A DNA stretch of 22,333 nucleotides from Candidatus Micrarchaeota archaeon (GCA_043803815.1 JAZDJR010000028.1:1-22333), one strand, 5' to 3'; counted from the first letter of the stretch, positions 8,326-16,273 are shown. The notes: a model not told the origin generated them from the letters alone. Numbers and translations: made by a program.

Positions 8326-8746
8326 GCGTTACTCCCTCCCGTTGGCGCAGAAAGGAACATGAAAAGGTGTGCGTGCTGTACAGTGACCGGATGGTTTCCG
8401 ATGTTAAGTCCATGCGGAAATTTTTTCGGGTTGCCGGAAAGGAATTCGAGTCCCAAATCGGGCATTTGCATTGGCGGCACTGCTGTTTTTGGCTGTAGGA
8501 ATAGCAGAGCGCGTTTAGGTCCGTGGAATAAACAGATGAACCGCTGGCCAATGGAACGCTTTGGGACAAGAACTGGTTGACGTCGCTTAGGCAGGTGAAA
8601 TCGCAGAAATTGGCGAGTTGGTTTAAGCTGGATTCCATGGTCATTTGCTTGTCGCGTTCGGTGTTGAATGAAATAAGCTGTGTGACGGCCAAAAGGCCGA
8701 TTAAAACCGCGATTACTCCGAAATACAACCAGACGGTTTGTTCCAT
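8309..8746 (-). CDS. Pilin-like membrane-anchored protein without basic leader (145 aa)
   Basis: MEQTVWLYFGVIAVLIGLLAVTQLI hydrophobic helix, followed by an amphipathic helix ending CDFTC. 8 Cys. Confidence 0.7.
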   Translation of the reverse strand: MEQTVWLYFGVIAVLIGLLAVTQLISFNTERDKQMTMESSLNQLANFCDFTCLSDVNQFLSQSVPLASGSSVYSTDLNALCYSYSQKQQCRQCKCPIWDSNSFPATRKNFRMDLTSETIRSLYSTHTFSCSFLRQREGVTLACTG

Positions 8747-8861
8747 ATTTTTTCGCTAACAACAATTGTTCTTTTGGTTTAATAACATTTCGAGTGGAAT
8801 CGGGTTCTGTAAACAAGCCGGTTTTTGGATTAAAGCGGGCCGTTTTATCGCCTTATTTTTT

Positions 8862-9302
8862 TTATTGTACGCGGACAAACGGGTGCAAGGAATTGGGAAT
8901 GCAGTGCATGGACAAGACCGCGGGAATCCCGATTCCGGCTTGTGGTTCCACGACTACGTTGCAGTCCCCGCAATAATTTACGGTGCGGAATTGGTCCAGC
9001 AAAAAAGCGGAATCAAGGTTCACGGATGCGTTCGGAAGCGATTCCAAGTAAGCCGCGCCGCAATCCGTCGCGTTGGCATCCGCCGGGTTTTGGGCAAGGC
9101 AGGTCTGCCAGCAGTCGCTTAACCGGTCCAAAAAAACCGGGAAAGGAATTTTTTCCAGGTTGGTTTCTTTTCCTTCCCCTGTCAAAAGCCGGAAAACGCT
9201 TTCCTGGAACTTTGCAAAATCAAACGAGAATAAAAAAAGGGTGATGATGCCGGCTGCGACAACCGCTACCACTAATAGAATCGTTATTTCAATTGCCTGC
9301 AT
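8862..9302 (-). CDS. Pilin-like protein without basic leader (146 aa)
   Basis: ATG 9302 gives MQAIEITILLVVAVVAAGIITLFLF with Glu at position 5. CWQTC motif, 6 Cys. The start lies 1 nt after the stop of the upstream micro-ORF, which makes the track's TTG 9350 unlikely. Confidence 0.75.
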   Translation of the reverse strand: MQAIEITILLVVAVVAAGIITLFLFSFDFAKFQESVFRLLTGEGKETNLEKIPFPVFLDRLSDCWQTCLAQNPADANATDCGAAYLESLPNASVNLDSAFLLDQFRTVNYCGDCNVVVEPQAGIGIPAVLSMHCIPNSLHPFVRVQ

Positions 9303-9303
9303 T

Positions 9304-9402
9304 CTAATGCGCTCCCATTGCGGAAAAAACGTACAACATGATGGCGGCAAGGGCTAAAATGCCGATTATGATTTCAATGATGAGCGTTAGGGTCTGGTTC
9401 AT
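9304..9402 (-). CDS. 32-aa hydrophobic micro-protein (minimal pilin-like helix)
   Basis: My translation is MNQTLTLIIEIIIGILALAAIMLYVFSAMGAH*. The ATG overlaps the platform gene's TGA (ATGA) and the TAG ends 1 nt before the next ATG, exactly filling the gap. Confidence 0.7.
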   Translation of the reverse strand: MNQTLTLIIEIIIGILALAAIMLYVFSAMGAH

Positions 9403-11276
9403 GAACTGATCACGCCTCTGAACAATAGCTCCGTAAACATGTAATAGCTTATGAACAAAAGGCCCGAATACAAGATGAACGAAACCATGAGGTTTTTGGA
9501 AAGAGTCCGCGCAATTTGGACCCGGTCGGTCCCGAAATTGATGTTGGACAAAAAAATCGACAGGATGGTGACCGTTTCCATCAGGTAAATTCCGACGATA
9601 ATCGCAAGGATGGTCGGGGGAATAATGCTTGTCATATCCACCAACTGCAGGTTTATCGACATGGTTTGGCCGCCTACGCTCTGCAGAATCGACGTGATTT
9701 GCTGCTTGATGAATTCCAGGCTCATGACAATGGCTAAGGCCATGATGGTTGCGGCAACCGCCAATAGCGGGGCCATGACTGTCACGGTAATGTCCACCAG
9801 GCTGCTGGTTTCCACAAGCAGCGTCTGGATGTAACTGTCCAGCTTGTACACGCTGATGGTTTGATTGCGGATCATGCGCGCGCTTTTTGCCGCGTTTTTC
9901 TGGTCGATGTCCGTGAACAAAACGATTTTTTTGAGGGTCTGCACCATGCGAAGCGAAGGCGTCAATGAAAGGATTTTTTTGTCAATGATGTCTTTTAATG
10001 TCATTTTGGTCCGCTCGATGGTCAGGCGGATGTTTTCCAGCATGATAATCGAAGGGTGTTTTGGAAAGCCGTGGCGCTTGTAATCGTCCTGAATATCGAC
10101 CAGTGCGCTTTCCAGGGAGCGGTTCAACGATAAATAACTGGCCAAAATGGACAGGAAATGCGGGATGTCTTCCTCGATTTCCTTGGCTTTTTTCCAGAGT
10201 TTTTCGTGCTGGTTGTAATAAAAAAATGATAATAGCCACGCCGCAAAAAAGAGTCCGAGCACCGCAAACCAAACGTTAATCAGTCCTCCCAAGGAATACT
10301 CGCGGGCAATGGAGGTCTGCGAGGACAGGTCGATTGTCGAGAGGTGCCAGAACGCGGGTATGGCCAAAAAAAGGGCGATTAGTCCTGCGAGGACGAAAAA
10401 AATCCAGGGGGTTTTTTTGTATTCGGGGGAATGCGTGATGTTTACGGTGTTGACTTGCAGGCGGTTGGTTGCAAAATCAAAGGCAAACACGAGTAACAGC
10501 ATGGGAAAGAAAATGTCGTAAATGAAAAAGAGGATTGTGGCGTCCAAAAACTTGGGCAAGAAAATGGTTATCAGGGGCAACAGAATCAGGCTCATCATGG
10601 GCAGCATGACGCCGATTGAAATCAAGGTTTTGGTTTTGTTGGAAAGGGTTTCCGTGAATTTTTTCCCGCTTTCGTAATAATACTGGATGACGGTTTCGAC
10701 GACCTCGTTGATTATTTCTTCGCGTACGTCCGGAGTGCTCATCGCGGCGGTCTGAAGCAGGTTCAGGCCTTTGACGAATTCGGGGTTGATTTGGAGCCAA
10801 AGGGGAATGTAGCGTTCAAAGGCATCGCCCAGGGTAATGTATTCTTTTTTTTCCATTTTTTGTCGGATTTCTCGCAGTTGTATTCCAAGGGTTCCGCTTG
10901 CGGTTTCGCTTATGTAAAAAATAGCGGCTTCCATGCTCGTGTTAAGCGAAACATAATTGGCGAGTTCCAAAATTGTCTGGAGCATTTCGTCGCGGAAGGC
11001 AATTACGCTTTGCGTGAAAAAAATCGAGGTTGCATATATGTATGCGCCAACCGCAAGGATTACCCCGAAAAAGAAAAAAATGTACGAACCCAAAGGAAAA
11101 AAGAACCAGAAAACCATGGAAATTAGGACAAAAGCCAGAAAATAAATCGCGATTCCGCTTAAAATGGCGGCGCTCTTGTAGGGAAACGAAATCAGTTTGA
11201 AGCGTTCGTCCAAAGAGTCCACTTTGGGAAAAAAAGTGAAGGATTGGCCGAGCTGATAAATGAATTCAAAATACAT
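9399..11276 (-). CDS. Type IV pilus / T2SS F-family (TadC/FlaJ-like) inner-membrane platform protein with two fused T2SSF domains (625 aa)
   Basis: Multiple TM segments. Two helical cytoplasmic repeats, EMLQTILELANYVSLNTSMEAAI and EDIPHFLSILASYLSLNRSLESAL, are typical of T2SSF domains. Directly downstream of the ATPase. Confidence 0.85.
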   Translation of the reverse strand: MYFEFIYQLGQSFTFFPKVDSLDERFKLISFPYKSAAILSGIAIYFLAFVLISMVFWFFFPLGSYIFFFFGVILAVGAYIYATSIFFTQSVIAFRDEMLQTILELANYVSLNTSMEAAIFYISETASGTLGIQLREIRQKMEKKEYITLGDAFERYIPLWLQINPEFVKGLNLLQTAAMSTPDVREEIINEVVETVIQYYYESGKKFTETLSNKTKTLISIGVMLPMMSLILLPLITIFLPKFLDATILFFIYDIFFPMLLLVFAFDFATNRLQVNTVNITHSPEYKKTPWIFFVLAGLIALFLAIPAFWHLSTIDLSSQTSIAREYSLGGLINVWFAVLGLFFAAWLLSFFYYNQHEKLWKKAKEIEEDIPHFLSILASYLSLNRSLESALVDIQDDYKRHGFPKHPSIIMLENIRLTIERTKMTLKDIIDKKILSLTPSLRMVQTLKKIVLFTDIDQKNAAKSARMIRNQTISVYKLDSYIQTLLVETSSLVDITVTVMAPLLAVAATIMALAIVMSLEFIKQQITSILQSVGGQTMSINLQLVDMTSIIPPTILAIIVGIYLMETVTILSIFLSNINFGTDRVQIARTLSKNLMVSFILYSGLLFISYYMFTELLFRGVISS

Positions 11277-11286
11277 CGAGTCGCCT

Positions 11287-12954
11287 TTAGGTGGTCACCA
11301 ATTTTTGGATTGCCTGCGTAAACTGTTTTTTGAATTCTTCCTCGTTTTTGGGCAGGGAAACCGGATTCAGCGTGTCAAACAGCCGCGTAAACAGGTTGTT
11401 GGCTTCCGCATTATTGAATGCTTCCAGGCCGTTCGGGGCTCCCTGCAGCAAATTCAAAAATTCCTTTCGGGCCCAGGCACGCAGTTTGATTTCCCGCAAT
11501 GCATCATCATACGCCTTGTACCCCTGGGTCATGGCCAGGATTTCCTTAATCAGCATGCTTTTCCCGTTTAACAAGGCGGAAGTGGGTTCAAGTTCGTCTT
11601 TTTGGGGATTGTACACCAACAAATCCTGGAACACGGGCACATCTTCCCATTCCTTTAACACTTCGGTTACGCGCAAAACCCTTCTTTTGCGGTGCAAGCC
11701 GCTTGCGGACTTGATTTGGTTGATAATTACGATTAAATCCGTTACCTTAAAGCTTCCCTTGGGTACCCCTAAATCGTTGACCACGCGGTCGTATACTCCG
11801 TACGGGTTATCCGCGTGGATTGTTCCCGCAACGGTGTTTGACATGGCTCCAACACGCATGGCCTCGTACAAGACCTTGGCTTCCGTGGAGCGGATTTCTC
11901 CCACAATCAGGACACTATCCCCCAACCGGAGCGACGTACGCAGGCCCTTGTCGAATTTTATTTCAAGGCCCGAAGCCATGAGCGCGCTTCGCACTTTTAA
12001 TGCCAACAAGTCGTATCCCATGGCTTTGAATGCATCCACGGGCAGTTCCTGAGTGTCTTCAATCGTAATCACGCGGTACTTTTTCAGTATTTCAAGCATC
12101 AAGGAACCGAGGAGCGCGGTTTTTCCGCTTCCGCGCGGACCCGCAATCAAAAAGGTTCGGCCATGCGCAATCGCAAAAGACATTAAGCCTGCAAACCATT
12201 CGTTCACCATTTGGTTTTGCATGAACAAGGGAACAGTCCACGGGGTTTCGCGGTGCTTTCGGATGGAATACCCGATCCCGTGGACCGAAAAAGGCGGAAT
12301 CACGGCGGCTACTCTTGCGCGCTGTTTTTCAACGAACAATTCGCCGTCGAGCTGCGGCTGGGCCTTGTTCAATGGTCGTCCCGTATTGATTTTCAGATAC
12401 GTGGCAAGGTAATTCAAAAAATCGATGGAAGGAAAAATGTTGGTCCTGCATTCCTCGAAGTCCTGGTGCACTACGGAAAAACTGTTCTGGAACTCGGGGG
12501 GATTGATGTTGATTTCCTGAACCAAAGGGTCGGACAATAAATAATACAAAATGCCGTGGTTTTTTATCCAGGTTTTCAAAAGCGGGTCGGTAAAATCGTT
12601 TTCCTCGAATTTTTTGTGCAGTTCAAACAACTGGTCCAGGTTTTGGTTCAGGCTTGGAATGTCCATGACATACGTCGGCTGGAGCTTTTGGTTTTCCTGG
12701 ACAATGCGCACCACGGCATCCTGGACGCGGTATGTTTTCAAGACTTTTCCCGAAATCGGCTGGATTAAGATGTCCATAAAAAACGGGCAAACCACGATTT
12801 TTTTTTCATGCAGGTACTGTTCCTTGATGAAAACTTTTCCCTTATATACCACCAAGTCGAGTTCGGGAGTCGGTTTGACGCATGCCCTGCACTGGGGCTG
12901 CGCCAGGTCCGAAACCCCGTCGCAGTTCTCGCAGTCGCGGACCACGTATTTCAT
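11287..12954 (-). CDS. Type II/IV secretion system (VirB11/CpaF/FlaI-like) pilus assembly ATPase with N-terminal CxxC...CxxC motif (555 aa)
   Basis: Walker A AGPRGSGKT, Asp box TIEDTQEL, Walker B LIVGEIRS, His box GTIHAD. N-terminus DCENC...QCRAC. Confidence 0.95.
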   Translation of the reverse strand: MKYVVRDCENCDGVSDLAQPQCRACVKPTPELDLVVYKGKVFIKEQYLHEKKIVVCPFFMDILIQPISGKVLKTYRVQDAVVRIVQENQKLQPTYVMDIPSLNQNLDQLFELHKKFEENDFTDPLLKTWIKNHGILYYLLSDPLVQEININPPEFQNSFSVVHQDFEECRTNIFPSIDFLNYLATYLKINTGRPLNKAQPQLDGELFVEKQRARVAAVIPPFSVHGIGYSIRKHRETPWTVPLFMQNQMVNEWFAGLMSFAIAHGRTFLIAGPRGSGKTALLGSLMLEILKKYRVITIEDTQELPVDAFKAMGYDLLALKVRSALMASGLEIKFDKGLRTSLRLGDSVLIVGEIRSTEAKVLYEAMRVGAMSNTVAGTIHADNPYGVYDRVVNDLGVPKGSFKVTDLIVIINQIKSASGLHRKRRVLRVTEVLKEWEDVPVFQDLLVYNPQKDELEPTSALLNGKSMLIKEILAMTQGYKAYDDALREIKLRAWARKEFLNLLQGAPNGLEAFNNAEANNLFTRLFDTLNPVSLPKNEEEFKKQFTQAIQKLVTT

Positions 12955-13529
12955 TTGGAACCAGTCTCCTTTCCAAACCTGACGTCGATTTCCTGTTTTA
13001 TCGCTTCAATGCGGCGGTCAATCGAAAAGCCGAATGCCTGCTCGATAATCTGTTCCTGCACCAGTAAGCGTCTTCGGATGGATTGGATGTGTTCAATCAG
13101 GTTCAGCATGACCGCGCGGTCATTCACGCGTTCAATCCCCACTTCCTGCTCCAAAACCTTGATTTTTTCCGCAATGGAAGAAATCCTTTTTTTGGTTTCG
13201 ACGTCCATAATATTTTTTCTGGCCGCCTGCATGGTAATCGCCGTTTCGCGGACAATCGCGGTCGAAAAATTCAGGCGCTCGGCAATAATCAGGTTTTGTT
13301 TCTCAAGCAACGCCAATAAATCCGTTCCTTCCTTGGAACCGACTCCTTGGCCGGAAGAAAAAAGTTCAATTAGGCGGTCAATGCGCGACAGTAAGGTGTT
13401 CAACTGGGCCTGAAAATAACGCAGGCGTTCCAGGACATCCAAGTCTCCCGCAAAGCGATAAAACTGGAATTCCCGGTTCTGCACGTCAAACGTTTTGGCT
13501 TTCACCGATTTATCGTCCGCAAACCACAC
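12951..13529 (-). CDS. Uncharacterised cytoplasmic coiled-coil protein (192 aa), translationally coupled to the ATPase
   Basis: GTG start with GAGGA upstream. Heptad-like helical sequence with no TM and no Cys. The stop overlaps the ATPase ATG (ATGA). Confidence 0.75.
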   Translation of the reverse strand: MWFADDKSVKAKTFDVQNREFQFYRFAGDLDVLERLRYFQAQLNTLLSRIDRLIELFSSGQGVGSKEGTDLLALLEKQNLIIAERLNFSTAIVRETAITMQAARKNIMDVETKKRISSIAEKIKVLEQEVGIERVNDRAVMLNLIEHIQSIRRRLLVQEQIIEQAFGFSIDRRIEAIKQEIDVRFGKETGSK

Positions 13530-13541
13530 AAAAAATCCTCG

Positions 13542-14189
13542 TTACGATTTCTTCCGGAACAGCCGAGAAAAAAATCCGCGTATGCCTGTAGGAATCCTTC
13601 GCGGTTGCGTTGCAACCGCGGTTGGTGCGACCGGCTTTGGCGCGACTTCGGCAACAACGTTTCCCGTGGCCGGCACAATGTCTTTCTGCAAATCCTTATT
13701 GATAAAATTCTCAATGGCGGAAATGTGCTTGTCCATGCTTTGCACGATTTCAACAAGCTCCACCAAAATCTCGTGCGTGTTCGAGCCGCTGTACTGCTTG
13801 ACCACGTTTTGCAGCACCTCAACGCGCGTTTCCATATTTTGGATTACTTTGTTTGAAACTCCCGCCTGTAATTCCTTTTTGATGACCTCGGTTTCGCGCG
13901 TCAAATCGTTGATTGTGGCGGCCAAAAGGCTCATTTTGGAGTTGTTTTCCTGAATCGACTGTTCGATTGTAGTAAGGCGTTTCATGGAGCTTTCGGCTTC
14001 CTGAAGGGGAACGCCGATTTCAATTACCCGTTCCAAAGATTCCAGCCGTGAATTAATGGAATCCATTTGGGTCAAAAAAAAGTCCATTTTTTCCTTGGGA
14101 ATCAGTCCCGCTTTTGGGCTCGAAATGGATTCAAAACTTTTTTTGACATCCAAAAACCCCTGCTTAAGTTCCGTCATTTCGCTCGCCAA
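13542..14189 (-). CDS. Uncharacterised coiled-coil protein with Pro/Ala linker and C-terminal amphipathic helix (~215 aa); first gene of the pilus operon
   Basis: Likely start is TTG 14189 (GGGGGCGA RBS-like just upstream) or ATG 14177. Long heptad region, then linker VAPKPVAPTAVATQP and C-terminus GIRGFFSRLFRKKS. Confidence 0.75.
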   Translation of the reverse strand: MASEMTELKQGFLDVKKSFESISSPKAGLIPKEKMDFFLTQMDSINSRLESLERVIEIGVPLQEAESSMKRLTTIEQSIQENNSKMSLLAATINDLTRETEVIKKELQAGVSNKVIQNMETRVEVLQNVVKQYSGSNTHEILVELVEIVQSMDKHISAIENFINKDLQKDIVPATGNVVAEVAPKPVAPTAVATQPRRIPTGIRGFFSRLFRKKS

Positions 14190-14473
14190 TGCATCGCCCC
14201 CGAATAGGTCAACATAGTAAAACAACCCATGTTTAAATAAATATCGATTTTTACGGCTGAACCGCATAACGCATATGGGCCGTATTGGGGTGCCGGATTG
14301 TTTTTTCTTTTTCTTTGTCTGCATTCACTCGGACAAAATTTTCGCCGATGGCCAATTTTTGGCGCTTTGAATTTCGATTGTTGGTGTCTTGGTTGACCGG
14401 ACCAAAACTCGGTCGGGGGAATCATTAAATATGCGTTTAACAATATTTTTGGCATTAGTGGGGTGAATACGAT
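14190..14473. promoter_or_regulatory. Divergent control region between the assembly operon and the two-pilin operon
   Basis: Minus-strand TATTTAAAC at 14231-14239. Plus-strand TTAAATA near 14426-14432. RBS GGGGTGA at 14460-14466. Confidence 0.5.
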
Positions 14474-14965
14474 TTGGAAATGCCTATCAGTATTGTCATT
14501 ACCTTGTTTGTGGTCGTGGTCGTCGGCGTTTTAGTAATCCTGTTTGCGCGCACGCAGGTGGAAAGCGCCCAAACCTCGCTCGAAGGCTTTAACCCGAATG
14601 AGACCGAGCAAAAAAACCTGGTTTTTGAAATCGACCAGTTAAGCGCGGTGCAGTTGGCGACCGGAATCAAGGAATGCTTTCGTCGGTATGGCCAGACGCT
14701 TCAAAGCGAGATGTGTTCGGTTTTTCACATCAGCAATTCAAGCCATTCGTTTGCTTTGGACGCAACCCAAAAAACGGCTATTTATGGCGAGCTTAGGAAC
14801 TATCCGGAATTGTACAACACGGATTCTTCCATGGGGCCGTCTGGCAGCACGGTAAGCGATGCCGAAATCGACAAATATACCGGAATTACGGTTACTTCAA
14901 GTCCATCCACGAGTTTTTTTGTGCGGTGGAATGCAGAACAAGGAAAAGTGGAGGTGACTACATGA
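14474..14965 (+). CDS. Pilin-like protein without class III leader (163 aa)
   Basis: TTG start after GGGGTGA. MEMPISIVITLFVVVVVGVLVILFA is paralogous to the predicted mature N-terminus of the next gene. 2 Cys. Confidence 0.8.
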   Translation: MEMPISIVITLFVVVVVGVLVILFARTQVESAQTSLEGFNPNETEQKNLVFEIDQLSAVQLATGIKECFRRYGQTLQSEMCSVFHISNSSHSFALDATQKTAIYGELRNYPELYNTDSSMGPSGSTVSDAEIDKYTGITVTSSPSTSFFVRWNAEQGKVEVTT

Positions 14966-15519
14966 ATCAGAAAGGAATGGAAATGCCTATCCAGATTTTT
15001 ATTACCCTGTTTGTTCTTTTGGCGGTTGCCATACTCGTGCTGACACTCGTTCAGCAGCAGTTTTCACAGAGCACCAGCGAACTGGACAAGCAAAAACGCG
15101 AACAGGAATTCCAGCAGTCTGTCAGCCTGGCCCAATCGACCTGCCAGAACCTGTGCAAGGACTCCTGTTCCAGCGCGCAGCGAAAAGCCAGTTACTGCAT
15201 TTCGCGGGTAAACAATCTTCCCCTCAACCTGTCCAAGGACGAGAACAATTACGACGAAACGTACTTGGCCGGAACGGGTATCTGCGAAGACAGCGTCTAC
15301 TGCGCCCAGATGTATGACTGCGATTGCGGCGGTTCCAGATTAACTATGGCCGCGTGCAAAACCCTCCTGTGCGACTATTGGAAAAGCATAGGCGACGCTG
15401 CAAGTGCAACCGCAAAGATCAAGCAGTTCATCAAACCCGGCTCGTGCTATACTGTCGGCAGCATGCCAAACCATTGGTATTCCGCTTCGCCTTACGGCGG
15501 AGACCCGTTGTGCTCGTAA
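14962..15519 (+). CDS. Cys-rich pilin-like protein with class III signal peptide (185 aa)
   Basis: Perfect RBS GGAGGTGA (14950-14957). ATG 14962 overlaps the upstream TGA. MNQKG|MEMPIQIFITLFVLLAVAILVLTLV. 12 Cys. Confidence 0.85.
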   Translation: MNQKGMEMPIQIFITLFVLLAVAILVLTLVQQQFSQSTSELDKQKREQEFQQSVSLAQSTCQNLCKDSCSSAQRKASYCISRVNNLPLNLSKDENNYDETYLAGTGICEDSVYCAQMYDCDCGGSRLTMAACKTLLCDYWKSIGDAASATAKIKQFIKPGSCYTVGSMPNHWYSASPYGGDPLCS

Positions 15520-15558
15520 ATAAAATCTTTCAAGGGAGTCTGGAAAAAAACCAACCCC

Positions 15559-15575
15559 TTGTTTTTCTTTTTTTT
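15559..15575 (+). terminator. Possible archaeal oligo-U terminator after the pilin operon
   Basis: TTGTTTTTCTTTTTTTT, 40 nt downstream of the stop. T-tracts are common in this genome, so the signal is weak. Confidence 0.35.
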
Positions 15576-15878
15576 GTCTGCCCAAAGTTACGAATAATCC
15601 GGGTTCTTTATTTTTTGTACGCTTTTTGTATCCGGATTTTTTTGAACCGCGGCAGGGTCAAAGTGGACAGCATGAATGGACCGCGGGACGATTGGTTGAG
15701 CCGGGGTGCGGAATCTGAATTACTTGAAGGTAAATTCCGATGGCCGGATAGGTAAAAATCATCAGGAGTGGCGGCGTGTCAGGCGGGTTTCCCGGGCCTT
15801 GTCTTTTTCACTTGGCGGCTGGTTCGTGGATTTTTTGGATTTCTTTTTCCAGGGCATTGCCAGCTTTCATGGAAACCC

Positions 15879-16235
15879 TTATTGTTTGATGGCTTGGCAT
15901 TCGGTTCCAAAGCAGGTGACTTTGACGTTGTCGCCGATTTGGTAGCCCAGGCAGTTGTCGCCGTCGGTGCAGACCGCGATGTTGGCGTCGTTGACGCGCA
16001 AAACGACTTTGGTGGTGCGCAGGTCTTGGGAAACGAATTTGTCGATTTTGGTGATGGGCCCGCTGAATTGGCTGGTGGTTCCGAATCCGTTGAGGCTGGA
16101 GCTGACAAACGTTCCGAGCAAAAACCCGATGACGACTCCGATGACGATGTAAAAAAGCAGTTGTTGGTTTTGGGCCGCGGGTTTTTTGGTCGGCTGGGGA
16201 GCGTCTTCCCCGCCGAATCCGTCATCGTCATACAT
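15879..16235 (-). CDS. Small single-pass membrane protein of unknown function (118 aa)
   Basis: Acidic N-terminus, TM LLFYIVIGVVIGFLLGTFV, and a short beta-rich C-terminal domain with 4 Cys (possible OB-like, ...YQIGDNVKVTC). Confidence 0.7.
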   Translation of the reverse strand: MYDDDGFGGEDAPQPTKKPAAQNQQLLFYIVIGVVIGFLLGTFVSSSLNGFGTTSQFSGPITKIDKFVSQDLRTTKVVLRVNDANIAVCTDGDNCLGYQIGDNVKVTCFGTECQAIKQ

Positions 16236-16273
16236 AAATCAAAATTGGGGTGAAAACGTTTTTAATCCGGCGT

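Noticed and set aside
11287-12954. Conjugative T4SS (VirB11)
   Set aside because: No VirB4, VirD4/coupling protein or relaxase. The neighbours are TadC-like and pilin-like.
1093-13953. Numerous plus-strand and alternate-frame ORFs (e.g. 2738-3307, 4249-4854, 11291-12052, 8115-8816)
   Set aside because: They are shadows of well-supported minus-strand genes, with no motifs or RBS support.
9399-14189. Archaellum (fla/arl) operon
   Set aside because: The ATPase and platform are homologous to FlaI/FlaJ, but no archaellin, FlaH (RecA-like), FlaF/G or chemotaxis genes are recognisable.
14190-14324. N-terminal extension (MQTKKKKK...) of the 260-aa ORF
   Set aside because: It runs through the TATA-like box and low-complexity A-tract. 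An RBS-like motif supports a start at 14189/14177.
14340-14420. Short stems in the divergent intergenic region as a tRNA/ncRNA
   Set aside because: No cloverleaf or T-loop GTTCRA in the right context. The stems are short enough to occur by chance.
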